DNA of 20,000 bases from Ancylonema sp. (lineage: Eukaryota), in assembly GCA_050230475.1 (NCBI GenBank), contig JBFLGF010000149.1, positions 45,518 to 65,517 of the forward strand. Reading direction: 5' to 3'. A program made the translations under genes and the position numbers. Position 1 is the first letter of the stretch. Each line of letters opens with the position of its first letter. The notes beneath the pieces were generated by a model, which was given only the letters and a program-made list of their open reading frames with translations, had not been told where the DNA came from and made no database searches. Below, in pieces: positions 20,000 through 20,000 of this stretch.

Positions 20000-20000
<1 letters not shown>

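Overview
Eukaryotic, TE-rich genomic DNA. Short GT-AG introns and a plant-type ABCC gene suggest a plant or streptophyte alga (inference). There are two host coding units, both on the minus strand. One is a spliced ABCC/MRP transporter fragment (1209-2596) that jumps from TMD1 straight into TMD2, with no nucleotide-binding domain in the window. The other is an intronless secreted Cys-containing protein of unknown family (15828-16472). The centre is a cluster of LTR retroelements. First is a Ty1/Copia element (5344-9465, TCATC TSD) whose central 2.2 kb is inverted between 6-bp inverted microhomologies. Second is a non-coding LTR element (9672-12264) with a Tf1-like self-priming signature instead of a tRNA PBS. 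Third is a truncated Met-PBS LTR element whose LTR is packed with hairpins. Fourth is the 3' end of a second related Copia copy. The rest is MITEs, non-autonomous DNA transposons and simple repeats. No rRNA, intact tRNA or CRISPR array was seen. All calls were made by eye, without database searches.
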